Shown here: one piece after another, positions 12,621 to 24,900 of the stretch
Position numbering within the stretch: position 1 is the first letter of the stretch
How the letters are laid out: the number at the start of each line of letters is the position of its first letter
From: Camelus dromedarius
Lineage: Eukaryota
Assembly: GCF_036321535.1 (NCBI RefSeq)
Contig: NC_087437.1
Location: forward strand, 89,592,001-89,656,000
DNA: 64,000 nucleotides
Reading direction: 5' to 3'
Notes under the pieces: generated by a model
Seen by the model: the letters and a program-made list of their open reading frames with translations, nothing else
Told to the model about the DNA's origin: nothing
Database searches by the model: none
Position numbers and translations under genes: made by a program

Positions 12621-14694
12621 TAATTGACATTTTTCAAGGTCTATCCTAATTTGAGATGATCATAGTGATATCAATAGAAAGGGTCACCAAACTTAAAGAC
12701 ATTCTCAACTGAGATGTGAGAGAGCCACAAAATAGCTGCAGTGTATATCATACTAGCTAAAAGTGAAAAAAAAAAAGCTAAATTATTGATAGGATGATTT
12801 TATGTTTTTTAATTAGCATTTTAATTAGAATAAAAATCCTATGTAAGTTTATTAGGACAACAGTAATAGCCATTAAAAGAGTTTTGATCAAGTAATAAAA
12901 TTTTTGAAGTCATTTCAGAATGTGCATGAGATTTAATTACCTATTTCTCATTAGTTATATTATCCTATATTAATAGAAACCTATTATTTTTTTTAGTAAT
13001 CATCTGCTTTATGGATTTCAAAGTTTTAATTACATTTTTTCCTTGAAAAACAACAAAAAAAAGTGCAACTGAACACTTGGAAGGTTGTGTGTATGTATTT
13101 CTTTTTTAAAATTCCTTTTTCTGACTTTGAAAATAAAAAGACTTAATGAAAATATAAATTTACAAATATTAAAGGAAAATGTAATGTTAATTTGAAGTTT
13201 TCCATTACCCTATCCTCCAGAGATAACCTCCATCTACTTTTAACAGGCATATTATTCCAATGTTTTTTATAGATATTAATACGGTTCAGCTTTGCTTATT
13301 CATGTTTTAGTGTTATATAAAAGTACTGAAGTAGAGTGCTGAAGATTAGCTCATTGAATATTAGAGTTTTGCTATCCAGTATTTTCCTAACTGGGAAGTT
13401 CTGAAAAGTAGGTTTTGTGATACCTTCCTTTTCCTATCACAAATTCAAGGAAATTTCATGTATATTCACATCCACTAAATTTAAGTGTAACAGATACTCA
13501 GGATCTGGGAGGAGACTAGAAACGTGGGAATATTTCACTTTAATATGCCTTTGTTTGTGTTTTGATAAATTTTATTTTGTGAGACATTGGCCATGTAATT
13601 TATATCACATCTTATTCACTCACCACTCATTGAGGGAGACCAGTTAGAGAAACACGAGTGAACAAGAGAGTAAGTGATATTCTGGCCTGATCAGGAGCCC
13701 CTTTCTCCTCTTACATAGGTTAACAAAGCTTTTACTTTATTTAACTTCCTTAAGGTACAATGTGATTTGTAGCAGTACTCTAGTCTAGGCAGTGATAGAT
13801 GTAAAGTCTACCCAGAGGGTCATGACTACATCAGTTTGCAACTGACAAACTCATTTCCTGACTTCTCTTGAGACACTAATAAAGCTTTGAATCAAAGGTC
13901 CAGTGTAATTACCATGTGGATTTCAGATTAAATAAATGTGATAAAAGCTTCCATCTGGCTGTTGATCAAACATGTGGGGAGTTGCTGATTTCCAGTGACA
14001 TACTGCAATATGTCTATTGTAACAGTCCCTGATGCCTTCCTGTAAATTCCTTACATTTGGGATTACTTGACTTAGTCAGACAGAAATATTACTCACTCCT
14101 TAAGTGCTGCCCAATGGGAGTTTGTGAGATGTAGTCTAATCTTATACTTGTTAAGGAAGACGTTAAGAAATAATGGAACCATGTTTATTTTACTAAATGA
14201 CAATTGTGCTCAAACTATTTGAAAAAGGCAAACTCAATTTCATAAACAGCCAGAAACTTGTTCTAAATGACAGAAGACAATATCTAAGGGGACTGGAAAT
14301 TAAGATACTAGATAAATGTTTGGTTGCATTATAAAGATGCCCAAATTTTGACAAATGAATGAAGTCTGGATATTTACTTTGGCAAACAACATCAATAGCA
14401 TAGTAAAAGCATTGAGAGCTAAGCAAATTTTTGATTGAAAATTTCACAGATGTTGTGTCAGTCACTGTTATCATTAACATATCTATGTTTTAAAGAAAGA
14501 AAACCTAACATATTGGTTTCTAATTAAAATACTGGCAAACAGTAGAAATAAAGGATTTTTTTTGGAGGGGTGGTTTTGGAGTGGGGTATGAATAAAGCCA
14601 ATCAAACCACTGACCTTTGCCTAAGAAGAAAAAACATAGTTCATTCCTAGTTTCTCTGCTAATGTAAAAGCCCCCAGGGATAGCTTAGAACTCC

Positions 14695-14905
14695 GAATTT
14701 CTCTATCTTGACACTACTGACATTTTTTGAGGTGGGTACTATTTTGTTTTGGGTGCCGTCCTGTGCATTATAGGATGTTTGACAGCATCCCTGGCCTCTA
14801 CCCAATAGATACCAGTATTCCCCAAGTGGTTACAGTAAAACATGTCCCCAGACATTACCAAATATTCCCTAGAGAGCAAAATCTCTGGTAGTTCAGAACT
14901 AACCG
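14695..14905 (-). mobile_element. MER20 (hAT-Charlie) non-autonomous DNA transposon
   Basis: gtcctgtgcattataggatgtttgacagcatccctggcctctacccaatagataccagta..gtccccagacattaccaaatattccctag..gcaaaatc is the reverse complement of the MER20 consensus as recalled. Confidence 0.88.
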
Positions 14906-15304
14906 CCTAGGAAAATTTGCTTAATAGAGATGGGATATCTATAAAGGATAAGAACAAATAATATAATAAATTATCACTTGTTAAGGTCCTTGATGCTTAA
15001 TTTATATAGGATGGCAGAGATGTTACCTATTTAAAAACAAATGATCACAACTGAAAATACTACTAAATTTTAGAAAAATATGCTTATAAAGGTCAGATAT
15101 AAACAAAATATTAATCAGAGTGTGTACAGGAAAGCTAAAGGAGAAAGAAAAAACCACATAATCTAAGTTAACTAGGCATATAACATAGAATGTTACAATA
15201 TAAACTAGCCTTTTAAATTTTTTAATATAATGGTCCTTAATAAGTATTTATTGAACTGAACTGAATTGCATTCTTTGAGTTGAACTTTCAGAAAATGAGG
15301 TTGG

Positions 15305-15545
15305 AAAGCATAGCAAATGGTTGAAAGTGTGGGTTCTAGACTCAGACTTTCTGAGTTAAAATGTGACTTTTGTTACTTTCAAGTTGTGACTTAGGACAAA
15401 TATGAGCTTCTCTGTCCCTGAGACTCACTAAGTGTAAAATGAGGACAAGAATAGCATTTATTGTATAAGGTTGCTGTAAGAATTCAATAGACTTACCTAT
15501 ATAAAGGACTTAGCCCCCACCTCATTAAAATAATTTTATTTATTA
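15305..15545 (+). mobile_element. MIR SINE (near full length)
   Basis: agcatagcaaatggttgaaagtgtgggttctagactcagac..tgtgacttaggacaa..tgtaaaatgaggacaagaatagc..ggttgctgtaagaattcaa..(tta)n tail. Confidence 0.75.
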
Positions 15546-15779
15546 TTACTATTACTATCGAGAAAAGACAAGAAAATGTATTGGCCTGGAAAAAAAAAAA
15601 AAACCTATAGTATGGAGAGAAGAATTCCAGTTACACATAATAAAAAAGGAAGTCCAAGGAAATGTTTCATTTCTGATAGATGAGAAGGCACAGAAAAGGA
15701 AAAGTTCCATGGAAACAAGGTTGGAAGGGCAGTTTAAAGGAATGTTTGCTTATGTAGTCCAATTTAGCAGCACATGTTG

Positions 15780-15985
15780 ATATATTCCAGGGTAGATGAG
15801 AACTGGATTATGAGTGAATTAATTAACTATTTTCAATAACTTAGACTCCCTGGAAACTGGAAAGGAGCCATTGGAATGCCTGCCTTTATAAAGGAAAGGG
15901 GTGATTCTAGAGATTAAAGACCAATATAATTATCTTCAAGTTCCAGGAAGACTGGTAGAACAAATTAGCCAATCAATTTAAATGA
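15780..15985 (+). mobile_element. CR1/L3 LINE ORF2 fossil
   Basis: From 15846: LPGNWKGAIGMPAFIKERGDSRD*RPI*LSS, then after a frameshift VPGRLVEQISQ. Resembles the CR1 motif VPEDWKxANVxPIFKKGKKEDPGNYRPVSLTSVPGKILEQII. Confidence 0.7.
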
Positions 15986-17742
15986 CCAAGAATAGCACAG
16001 AAGCTTATTAGCTATCCTTCCCGCTCCCAATAATGGCAGTTCCTAAAGAAATTCTAAGTACGTTTGCTGCACATACATGCAGACTAAACATTATCTTGAA
16101 AAACTGGTAGAAAGAGACTAACAGGAGCTTATGGAAGCAGTGACAGTTATGGAGGAGAGCAAAGAACAATTTTCATATTGCTGTCCTACCTTCCAGATTC
16201 TCCTGCTAAATGTTTATTCTAACACTAATTCCCAAATATCTGTCACTAGAGGCAGGAAAGGATGATGGAAATCTCATATAGGCATGGGTCAAATCCCACC
16301 TAGGTAATTTACTAACAGTATAGCCTTAGGTAAATTGCTTAACAATGCTATATTCAAGTTCCCTCAAGTGTAAATGAAGATAGTAGCTTCTACTTCATGA
16401 AACTTGGCAGGGGCACAGGAGGGGAGCCAAGGGGAGGTAAGCACCAACTAAATTATGTTAATTAAGTTAAATTAAATTATTATATTGGTATACTTTCTTA
16501 CTCTAGCTCAGAAAAAAAAGGCATAGAGTTTAGAATTATAAGGAATTTATTATGGAGAATATGGTTTAGAGAACCAGGACATGGACATGCTGGGGAAGTC
16601 GGGGGGAACAGCTATAATTGAAATTAGTCTATGGTCAGGTAGGATAAGTTTCAAAGGAAGTAGCTAGCCTGAGGATTAATTAGTTTAGAGGGAAAGGTTC
16701 AAAGAAGCCAGGTTAAGGTAGACTCTGAGTCAGAAGACTGTCATTGGGTCAGCAAGAGCTTTGAGGACAAGCCAAAACATACCCTATCTATCTCCTTGGA
16801 CATGAAATTTCTCTGATAACTTCCAAGGGGCAACCAAAACTCCTTATTCTCAGAGTTCTGGGCTCACTTGTTTGTCTTCATTTCCTAGAAGCCTCACTCA
16901 GTGGATTTAATACATGTTAAGAAGAAGTTGAGAAAACAATGTAGGTTTTATTTTTCCTAAAATGAACTTTCTTTTTATTCACAAGAGGAAAAAACTCTAC
17001 AACCTAATAAAAATCTTAGCCCTAAGTTATGACTTTCTAGTAGTCTCTGAGAGTATATGTTTGGCTTATGATATATTTTACTTTAGTTTATGCCTAAAGG
17101 TATTCCAATAAAGAATGTAATTTTTAAATCTTAAAAAGAAATAAGTAAAATACATTTCTAAGAACCTTACAATAATTTATTGTTCATTTGAAATCTAGCC
17201 TCTTGAGGTGTGCTTATATGTTATGGATGTCTTTTTACAAAATGTAACTATACAAATTCCATCTCTTTTAATGCCTTATTCAGTATATTTTTGGTGCCTT
17301 TCTTTTTCCAAAGAAAAGGTGTCCCTAATCATATTTCCATTCTTCTTTCATCATAGTGCTCTGTTTCTCGCTAAAAGGCACTGCTGTCATCTCTAAAGTG
17401 TTAAATTGCACATGGGAGAAAAAAAATGATTAAATTTTCCTGTTACACATCCATTTAACAGCCAATGCTTAATATAGGCTAAAATAAATGTAGCCTATAA
17501 GAAATACTGCCAACCTTCCTACTTGGACTTGTGTTTTCATATTACATGCTGTCACTATGGTTACATGTTTGTGCTTAACAAAAGTAGCAAGGGGATTGGG
17601 TAGGGGATTGAAGTTTAGCCATTAAACTAACTACTTGGTAGAAAAAAATGGAAAGCAAGAAATATTTAATTATACTAAAAAGTGCACAGGTGATATTATT
17701 GAAAGAAAACAACACTATCATCAACTTAAAACCTGTATATTC

Positions 17743-17830
17743 AATACTATAAAGCTACAGTAATCAAAACAGTGTGGTATTGACAAAAAACAGACATACA
17801 GATAAAAGGAACAAAAGAGAGAGCCCAGAG
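17743..17830 (+). mobile_element. Isolated ~90-bp internal L1 ORF2 fragment
   Basis: tactataaagctacagtaatcaaaacagtgtggtattga.. = YYKATVIKTVWY*, continuing towards the ...ESPE motif of the L1 ORF2p C-terminal region. Confidence 0.85.
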
Positions 17831-18239
17831 ACAAGAATATAAACTTGAAGATATAAAGTGGATTAGAAGCCCACAAGGAAGACTAAGAGATGTTAGAGAG
17901 ATTGGAAGACAAAAAAGTGTTTTTTCACATAACACAAGTACAGAATATTCAAGAATATTTAAGAATGTCACTGAAAGATCAGCTAAAACAAAACTTCCCA
18001 AACTTATGCAAATATATTCATCAGCTATCAGTACAGCAAATGATCAATCCAGAAATTCATAAGAAAGAACGCTGTGTTTTATGTAAAAAATATAATCAAA
18101 ACCAAGTCTTCAAAAAATGTCTTGTCTTACAACAGGGTTTATTTACGTATTATCTACAAAGCAACTTGATACATGTGTTTACACTTAGAAAAGTTCATAT
18201 ATACTTGAATACTTAGGTAGGAAAGTTTGACAAATTTTG

Positions 18240-18480
18240 TTAAGATAAAGATCATGAAGTTTAGGACCACAGGAGTCCTTGGTGACTTTGTCATGTAAGT
18301 TGGTTGTGGAGTGGTGCCCAAGTCTATCAGGAACCACTAAGTTCTGAGGTGAGTAGAAGGTGAGGATATTTGCGCTGTGAGAGTGGAGAGAAAAGATGAG
18401 ATGGCAGCAGACATTAAGGAATAAAGGAGTTGAAAGAGTTTTATTTTTAAATGAGAGATAAGATCAGATAAGAAGAAAGA
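18240..18480 (-). mobile_element. L2 LINE relic
   Basis: ggagtccttggtgactttg..gtggagtggtg..tgaggtgagtagaaggtgagga; purine-rich L2-antisense pattern. Confidence 0.5.
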
Positions 18481-20299
18481 GATTGATATAGTATGATTTT
18501 ACATACAAAGAAAATAAAGAAACATTTCATCAAAGAACCTCAGTATTTGGGGGAAAATAAGAGATAAGTTAATCCACAGGGAATGAGAAAGGTGGGGGTG
18601 GTTTTAAGGGGAGTTTAGAAAAAAATTCATTATTTCATACAAATTACAGTTAGCTCTGAATAAATGGTTTACAAAATATTTGAATATATTTAATTGCCCA
18701 GTTAGTGTTCTTACAAAATCTAAGTTCTAAATGTAAAATCAAGGGCATGTGAGCTTCATTTCAAAGTACAGCTCCAAACCAGTAATTGATCATAATATCA
18801 TCTTTTGGTCACATCTGAATTATCAAATGATAACAAATTCTTATCATTTATAGTTATAAGTATAGAGTTAAAGCAATTCCATCTTATGCTTTTACTACAA
18901 GGTTATATATATATATATAGTTCATTGACTTTAATTTCTTCAAAGCTATTAATATACTTTATAGCTACATCAGAAAAGGCACATCTGAAGTGCACTGAAA
19001 ATTTCCTTTTAGTTATTGCTATTTGCTCCATTTTATTATAACAATTGGTAAGACAAGGAAGAAACTTTTATCCTTTAAAAGCCTAGTTTATATTTTATAG
19101 CATTGTTTACTAAATACTTAATGTCTAGTCTAGCCATAACACAGATGTCCTTTGAAAAACCAGCTGTTTTTTAAACTTTATGTACCTGTTTGATAACTGG
19201 CAGACAAATTACCAACAATTTTATTCAGGAAAATTTCAGTGGCCTTCTATATCTCAAATTAGATGAAAGGGATATTTGAGCTTTCTTTGTGAAATATATA
19301 AAAGCCATAATATCACAGTGTCTATATGTTGCTAATTTGGTTTGTGAATTTTACTCAATGTCCACCCCAAAACTATAAATTTAGTCAAACTCAGTAACAA
19401 TGGAGGAATGACTTTTCATTCACATATAGAGAATAGAAAATATCTAAGTTGATAAGATTGCTTACATCAAATTACTCTTATCATCCAACCCTCTTCTCTC
19501 CCTGTCCCCAACATACATTAAGTCATATCTATCATTATGATTTCCTCCCCTTCTCATTTAAGAAATTGTCCACAATAAGCTCTCTGTTATGATCCAGGGT
19601 AACTAATGATTTTTTTAGCTTAATTATGTCTATCTCTGCTTTAGTATTTTTCCTAAAATGTTCGTTCAACACACCTAGAAGATTTACACTAATACCGTAA
19701 CTTTTGTTTTACTGACCACATCACGAGTTTTTAAAGTATTTTCTAAAGATTTGAAATCTAAAATACTAGTTTCTTCACACGGTTTAAAAAAACAAATTAT
19801 TACCTGTGCATTAAGGCATAGATAAATATACGTTCTATGCCTTCATTCATCTATTTATTCATTCATGATGCCTTCTGTTTTCAAGACCCTGTGTTAGGTT
19901 TAAAGTCAAAGAAGACATGTTCTCAACCCTTACAGTGTTGCCTCTTACAGTCAGTTTTATCACCTGTGAACAATGTGGTGAAACTGAGTTTCTGGGCTTA
20001 TAAAGCAAGAACTCAGTGACTGAACTCCCGCTCACCTGTGTGGTCAAATTTGAATGTATGTCAAACAATTTCTTTGACATTGGTATTTAATTGCCACATC
20101 ATGTGATATGGACAGATGTCCCAAGGAACAGTAAATGAGAAATTCTTCAGCAGAAAAGCACAGTAAATCATAATCACTACAATTCACATTGAATTTCAGA
20201 GCTAGAAATGTCCTTAAGAGCACCAGGTGTTTATCCAGAAAAGAGAAAAACTGAAATTGGTCATTTTTGTTAGTGGTTCCAAGATTTCAACAGCGACAT

Positions 20300-21700
20300 T
20301 TTTTCTTTATAAGACTATTCAAATCTTCTCTCTTATGATGCCTGTAAACAGCAACTCAATTCCAAAATGTATCACTATAATTCAGCACAAGTATTCTCTG
20401 TCTCCATGTTTCAGGCCACTATAATAGGAACTAAATTTTGCTTTCATCTCCTATTAGTAAAATAAAAACATCCTCTCAAACGTCTTCTTGGAATAGCTAG
20501 TCCAAAACAAGTGATATTTCTTAACCCTTATCCATTAAACCTCTCTTTATCACTCTTATTTTTTTTTGTTTTCTCCTTCCTTAACTTACAAATCTGTCTC
20601 ATTTTAAATTACCTTTTATCAACAAGATTCAATTCTTTTTTCTTTGTTTCTCCATTGCTACTTTCTAAAAATACATCTTCCTCAATAATGTAACTTCAAA
20701 TAGCCTCTCCCTTAGTACTCATTTTCCTGGCAATGTTATCCCTATGACTGTAGATTCCGTGTTGGTGACTCATATAACAATTTACCTCTCCAAAGTCCAA
20801 ATACAAGTTTTAAATATCAGTATAATGCTAGGCATTTTCTCTTGAGATGTTCTCTGGAATGTTAACAGCCAACCCAGAGTAATGAATATAGTTGTGGTCT
20901 AGAATCCAGAAATTTAAAATCTTTTTATTAGCTGAGGGAACAATGGCAAGCCACTTATCCTCTCAACCTTTACTCATTAATAAGTTGATGAATTGAGACA
21001 AAGAACCTTTTCCCTGTTCCCATTATCCTTGGCCCAAGAAAAGTGATGAGTGTTGAGAAGAAATGGCAACCACCATTTAAATATTTTTCCAAAATAAATC
21101 CTATTATCTTATAACACTACCTCTCTCCTGCTTCTTGTCAGCATTTAAAAATATATTCCTTTTCCTTTGTTCTCTATAAATAACAACCTATTAAATTCTT
21201 TTAATTCATTCCCATATTATTAGCTTCCTCTTTTCTGCTATGTCCCCAGTCTATGCCAGATCCTCATTTTCTTTGACTTGAACAATCGTATCTTAAATTG
21301 CCTCTCAGCCTTTAGACTCTCTCCACTCTTTTGTTCAAAGGCCAATTACAAATTTAATGTGCTCAAAGCACAATTATGATCATGTCACTTCTCCATCCAA
21401 AAATACTCAATTGTTCTCCATTGCCCAGGAAGTTAAGTATCTCTTATCGGTGTGGCATTTAAGACTCATCACAAGAATGTTCCAAAACTCATCCTCTCCA
21501 GGCTTATTTCCCTCTATTCGACATCAAAGCTTTTATTTTCCAGTCTAGCTGGCATAGGGGGATTTCATCTTCTGCCTCTTTCTCATGCTTTTCAACATGG
21601 CTCCCACAATTCATTGTATCCTTATCCACCCATAGCCAGTCCCCACTGCAGTTGTCAGGACTCTACTCATCCTTTTTTCATATCTCTGAGATAAAAATCA
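20300..21700 (+). mobile_element. Degraded L2 LINE region (interrupted)
   Basis: Pyrimidine-rich, with L2 3' motifs such as atgatcatgtcacttctccatccaaaaatactcaattgttctccattgcc (~21376-21425). Confidence 0.55.
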
Positions 21701-21709
21701 TGCTATTGA

Positions 21710-21920
21710 GGAGCAGCCATTAATGTACTGGAACATTGTATTGGGTACTATAGGTGTTTTCTATAATTTAATCCAAGTGAGGTAATGATTACCCCAATTT
21801 ACAGATAAGAATACTGATGGTTAAGAAAATTATATAACTTGCTCACTCAGCTACAATATAAAAATGAAGATTTTAATCCAGCTATGTCAGGCTTCACAGC
21901 TTATGTTCTTTCCTCTGTAA
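21710..21920 (-). mobile_element. MIR SINE relic
   Basis: gtgaggtaatgattaccccaatttacagataagaatactga..ataacttgctca; reverse-strand MIR core. Confidence 0.65.
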
Positions 21921-24900
21921 CAGTTGTCTTCAAGCTGTTTAACCCATTTGAAAGTACCTAGAGGTAGTTTGAGATATATAAAAGGGATAGGAAATAGTAA
22001 AATATGCAGGTTGTAAGTTTCACTACCCTGGCTCCAAAGAGCCTTTGTATTAAGAAAAGAAGAAGGATGAAAGAAGAAAATACATTTTGGGAAATAATGT
22101 TAGAACAATGTCTGAATCTCTTTTATGTGACCTGCTATGCATTTTGCAAACAATTTTCTCTTATGGTTCTTGATATTTTAAAATTCACTTTTATAGTGAT
22201 TGCTAGCTATGCTTCTCTTTATTAGATTGGAAACTATTTGAAAGTAATTAATAATGCCTTACTCATTTTTCTGTTGTTTATAAGACTTACATCTCAAATA
22301 TTTGTTAAATGAGTAACTGAATCTACTTTTGTATGTAAGTATATATTACACAAAAGGATTATTTTAACTCAAATACTACAATCACCCTTTATTATTCACA
22401 TGTAGTTCTGTAGGTTGCTTCTCCATAATCATTTACAAAGTCAACATAAAACATTACTTTGCTGTTGCTATATACATTTTTATATGAAGTTAATGAAATT
22501 CAACTTTGTGAGACACACAGTATTTCTAGAAAAGAAATTCATTGGATTACAACTTGGTATCTAGATGTTAACTTTTCAAAATGGACTGTGAGTTCTTTGA
22601 TCAAAGAACATAGGAATTAAAATTTTCTAAAATAAGGTAGAGGGAATGACCTGTATCCTGGGTCTTTTGAACCTCTTTGCAATAATATGATGATATGGAT
22701 ATTTACCAAACTGCTTTGGGATGCTCCTGAGAGAACAAGTCAATTTTCACTTTCTTGTACATTCCTAAAGCCTAGCCTAGTATTTAATTCATATAGATCC
22801 TCTCATTGATGTTTTTGGAATTGACTACTAATATTATTATAAAGAGCAGTAATTTAAAAATTGAAAAAAAAACCCCAAAATTAAAAGCTATACAGTAAAA
22901 ACTATTTTAAAATAGATTTTAAAGAACTATGTTTCTATTTTACATTTAATATGCTAAAATCACTCAAAGATAACTTTTATCCTCAAGATATTCCCATAAA
23001 CATGATGAGTCATTTCACTATGCTATGCCTCATGGAGCATTTTAAATAAACTTGAAAATCAATTATAAGGAAATGGATGTTTTGCTGCTGGTGGCAACAC
23101 TCAAAAAGAAAATGAGACTTCCTGTGACAATATGTCTAATTAAGAGCAGCTATGCATTGAAAAGGTGTGTCCTAAAATGATTTATGATAAACACAATGAA
23201 AAGATGGATGAAAAATGATCATCTCCTCTCTACTGTGGGTGTAAGGGTTTTCCCCCCCCTCATTTTACTTTGGATTATAAATAACATTGTATCATAGGGA
23301 TAAACTCATGCATTCTGATATGTGACACACACTGCCTGGAAGATGCTTTAAACTCAACAGAAGTAAGTATGTTGTATATAAATATTTCTATGTTATCCAA
23401 CAAAATCTAAAGGAATAAACTAATGCTCTGGAAAGAAGAGTGAAATGGGAGGAGCAAGGTGAGGGAACTACACTGGACAATTAAATTGAAAAATCTCTAA
23501 AACATACTTTAAAATGAATGATGATCAATCCTTTTACTTAATATTAATTCACTCTTTTTTCAGAGCAAAGAGTCTGAATTCTATTCATTCTTCTGTTTGT
23601 TTTTTTGAGTATCATAAATCTAATATTCTGTTGAGGAGAATCCATCTGGGTTGTTTCTCCTTTTGTAAGCTGTTTACAAGCTGTAAGACAGGTCCTTGCT
23701 TAGCCAAATTAACCATAAAAATACATATACTTAAACCAATGTTTATAATTTTAGTATCTTGATTTTGTATCTACACAAACTTATGGAGCACCTCCTTTTT
23801 TTTCCAGGCAATGAAAATCCATTAAGCAGCTCAGGGTCTATTGGCAGAATCTGGCAGATCAAAAAGAATCACAACAGCAGAGTGGCTAGGTTCTCTAACC
23901 CTCTCTTTTATGAAGAGCTGTGAGAACATACAAGATGAGGATAAAAGAGGTCTATCAGAGAAACTGACATCTGTACAAGGTTTACAAGCATAAGTAGAAA
24001 TGTTTCAGATGGCAAGGCAGGGAAAAGACATACCCAATAGCATCATTTAACAAAGCATGGAATGGCTGATAAAGTGCCAACAAAATATGTCTGCAAGACA
24101 GTGACAGTTGTGAGACTGTGGAAGACCTTAATTTCTATAGGACTTTATTGCTTACACCATGGTTTCTACTGGTCTGCACACGTGTGCACGCACACACACA
24201 CACACAAACAGGAAACAATGGTGCAGATATGATTACCTCAAATTTACCAAGCTCAGTGAAAAGCATGACTTACCTAAAGTTATACAGCAAGCAAATGGCA
24301 TAATTGGGGCTAAAACCTCCAGTGTCCTGACTCTCTGTTTGGCTTTCTTTCTACAGCAAAGTTCTCCTCTAGTCCTCAATCTTCCATGTTTTAAATTCAG
24401 ATACAAAAATGCAATGCAATGTAATGAAAGGCAGAGAATTCTGGAGTCAGGCAGATCTGGATCTGAATCACAGACTTGCCTGTGTTGAAAAACCTTGAAT
24501 ATACAACTTACCTTCTTGGAAACTGTTTCTAATCTTATAAAACAGCACATTCACTAGTATATAATAAATAATTAATGGTAGCTATTGTTATTTGATTATC
24601 ACTATCAATATTATTTTACTTCATATGAGCACCTGCATATCTTTCAAAAATAATCACTCTTTTGGGTTGCTAAGAAATAATCTCAAACTTATTGAGTTTA
24701 TTTGTTTAAATTATGTCTTCATTATTATTAGTCTTTAAATTCCTCATGAATAAGTAAACATTTTTTTCTGTATTCCTCATGCTTAGTACCACAGTTATTG
24801 CAAGGTTGAGAAGAAATAAATGAGAGAAATCAACAAAATCTTGTCATATAAAAATTGTGTAATATAAACCATATTTTTATATTTTATTTTTTAATTTAGA

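Noticed and set aside
17747..18216. Overlapping 84-aa (-) and 108-aa (+) ORFs
   Set aside because: The minus ORF's tail (CQYHTVLITVAL) is the antisense of the L1 ORF2 fragment; the plus ORF has no recognisable domain or splice context.
24118..24550. Three overlapping ORFs of 61-109 aa
   Set aside because: They span a (CA)n tract and two oppositely oriented MIR relics; chance ORFs.
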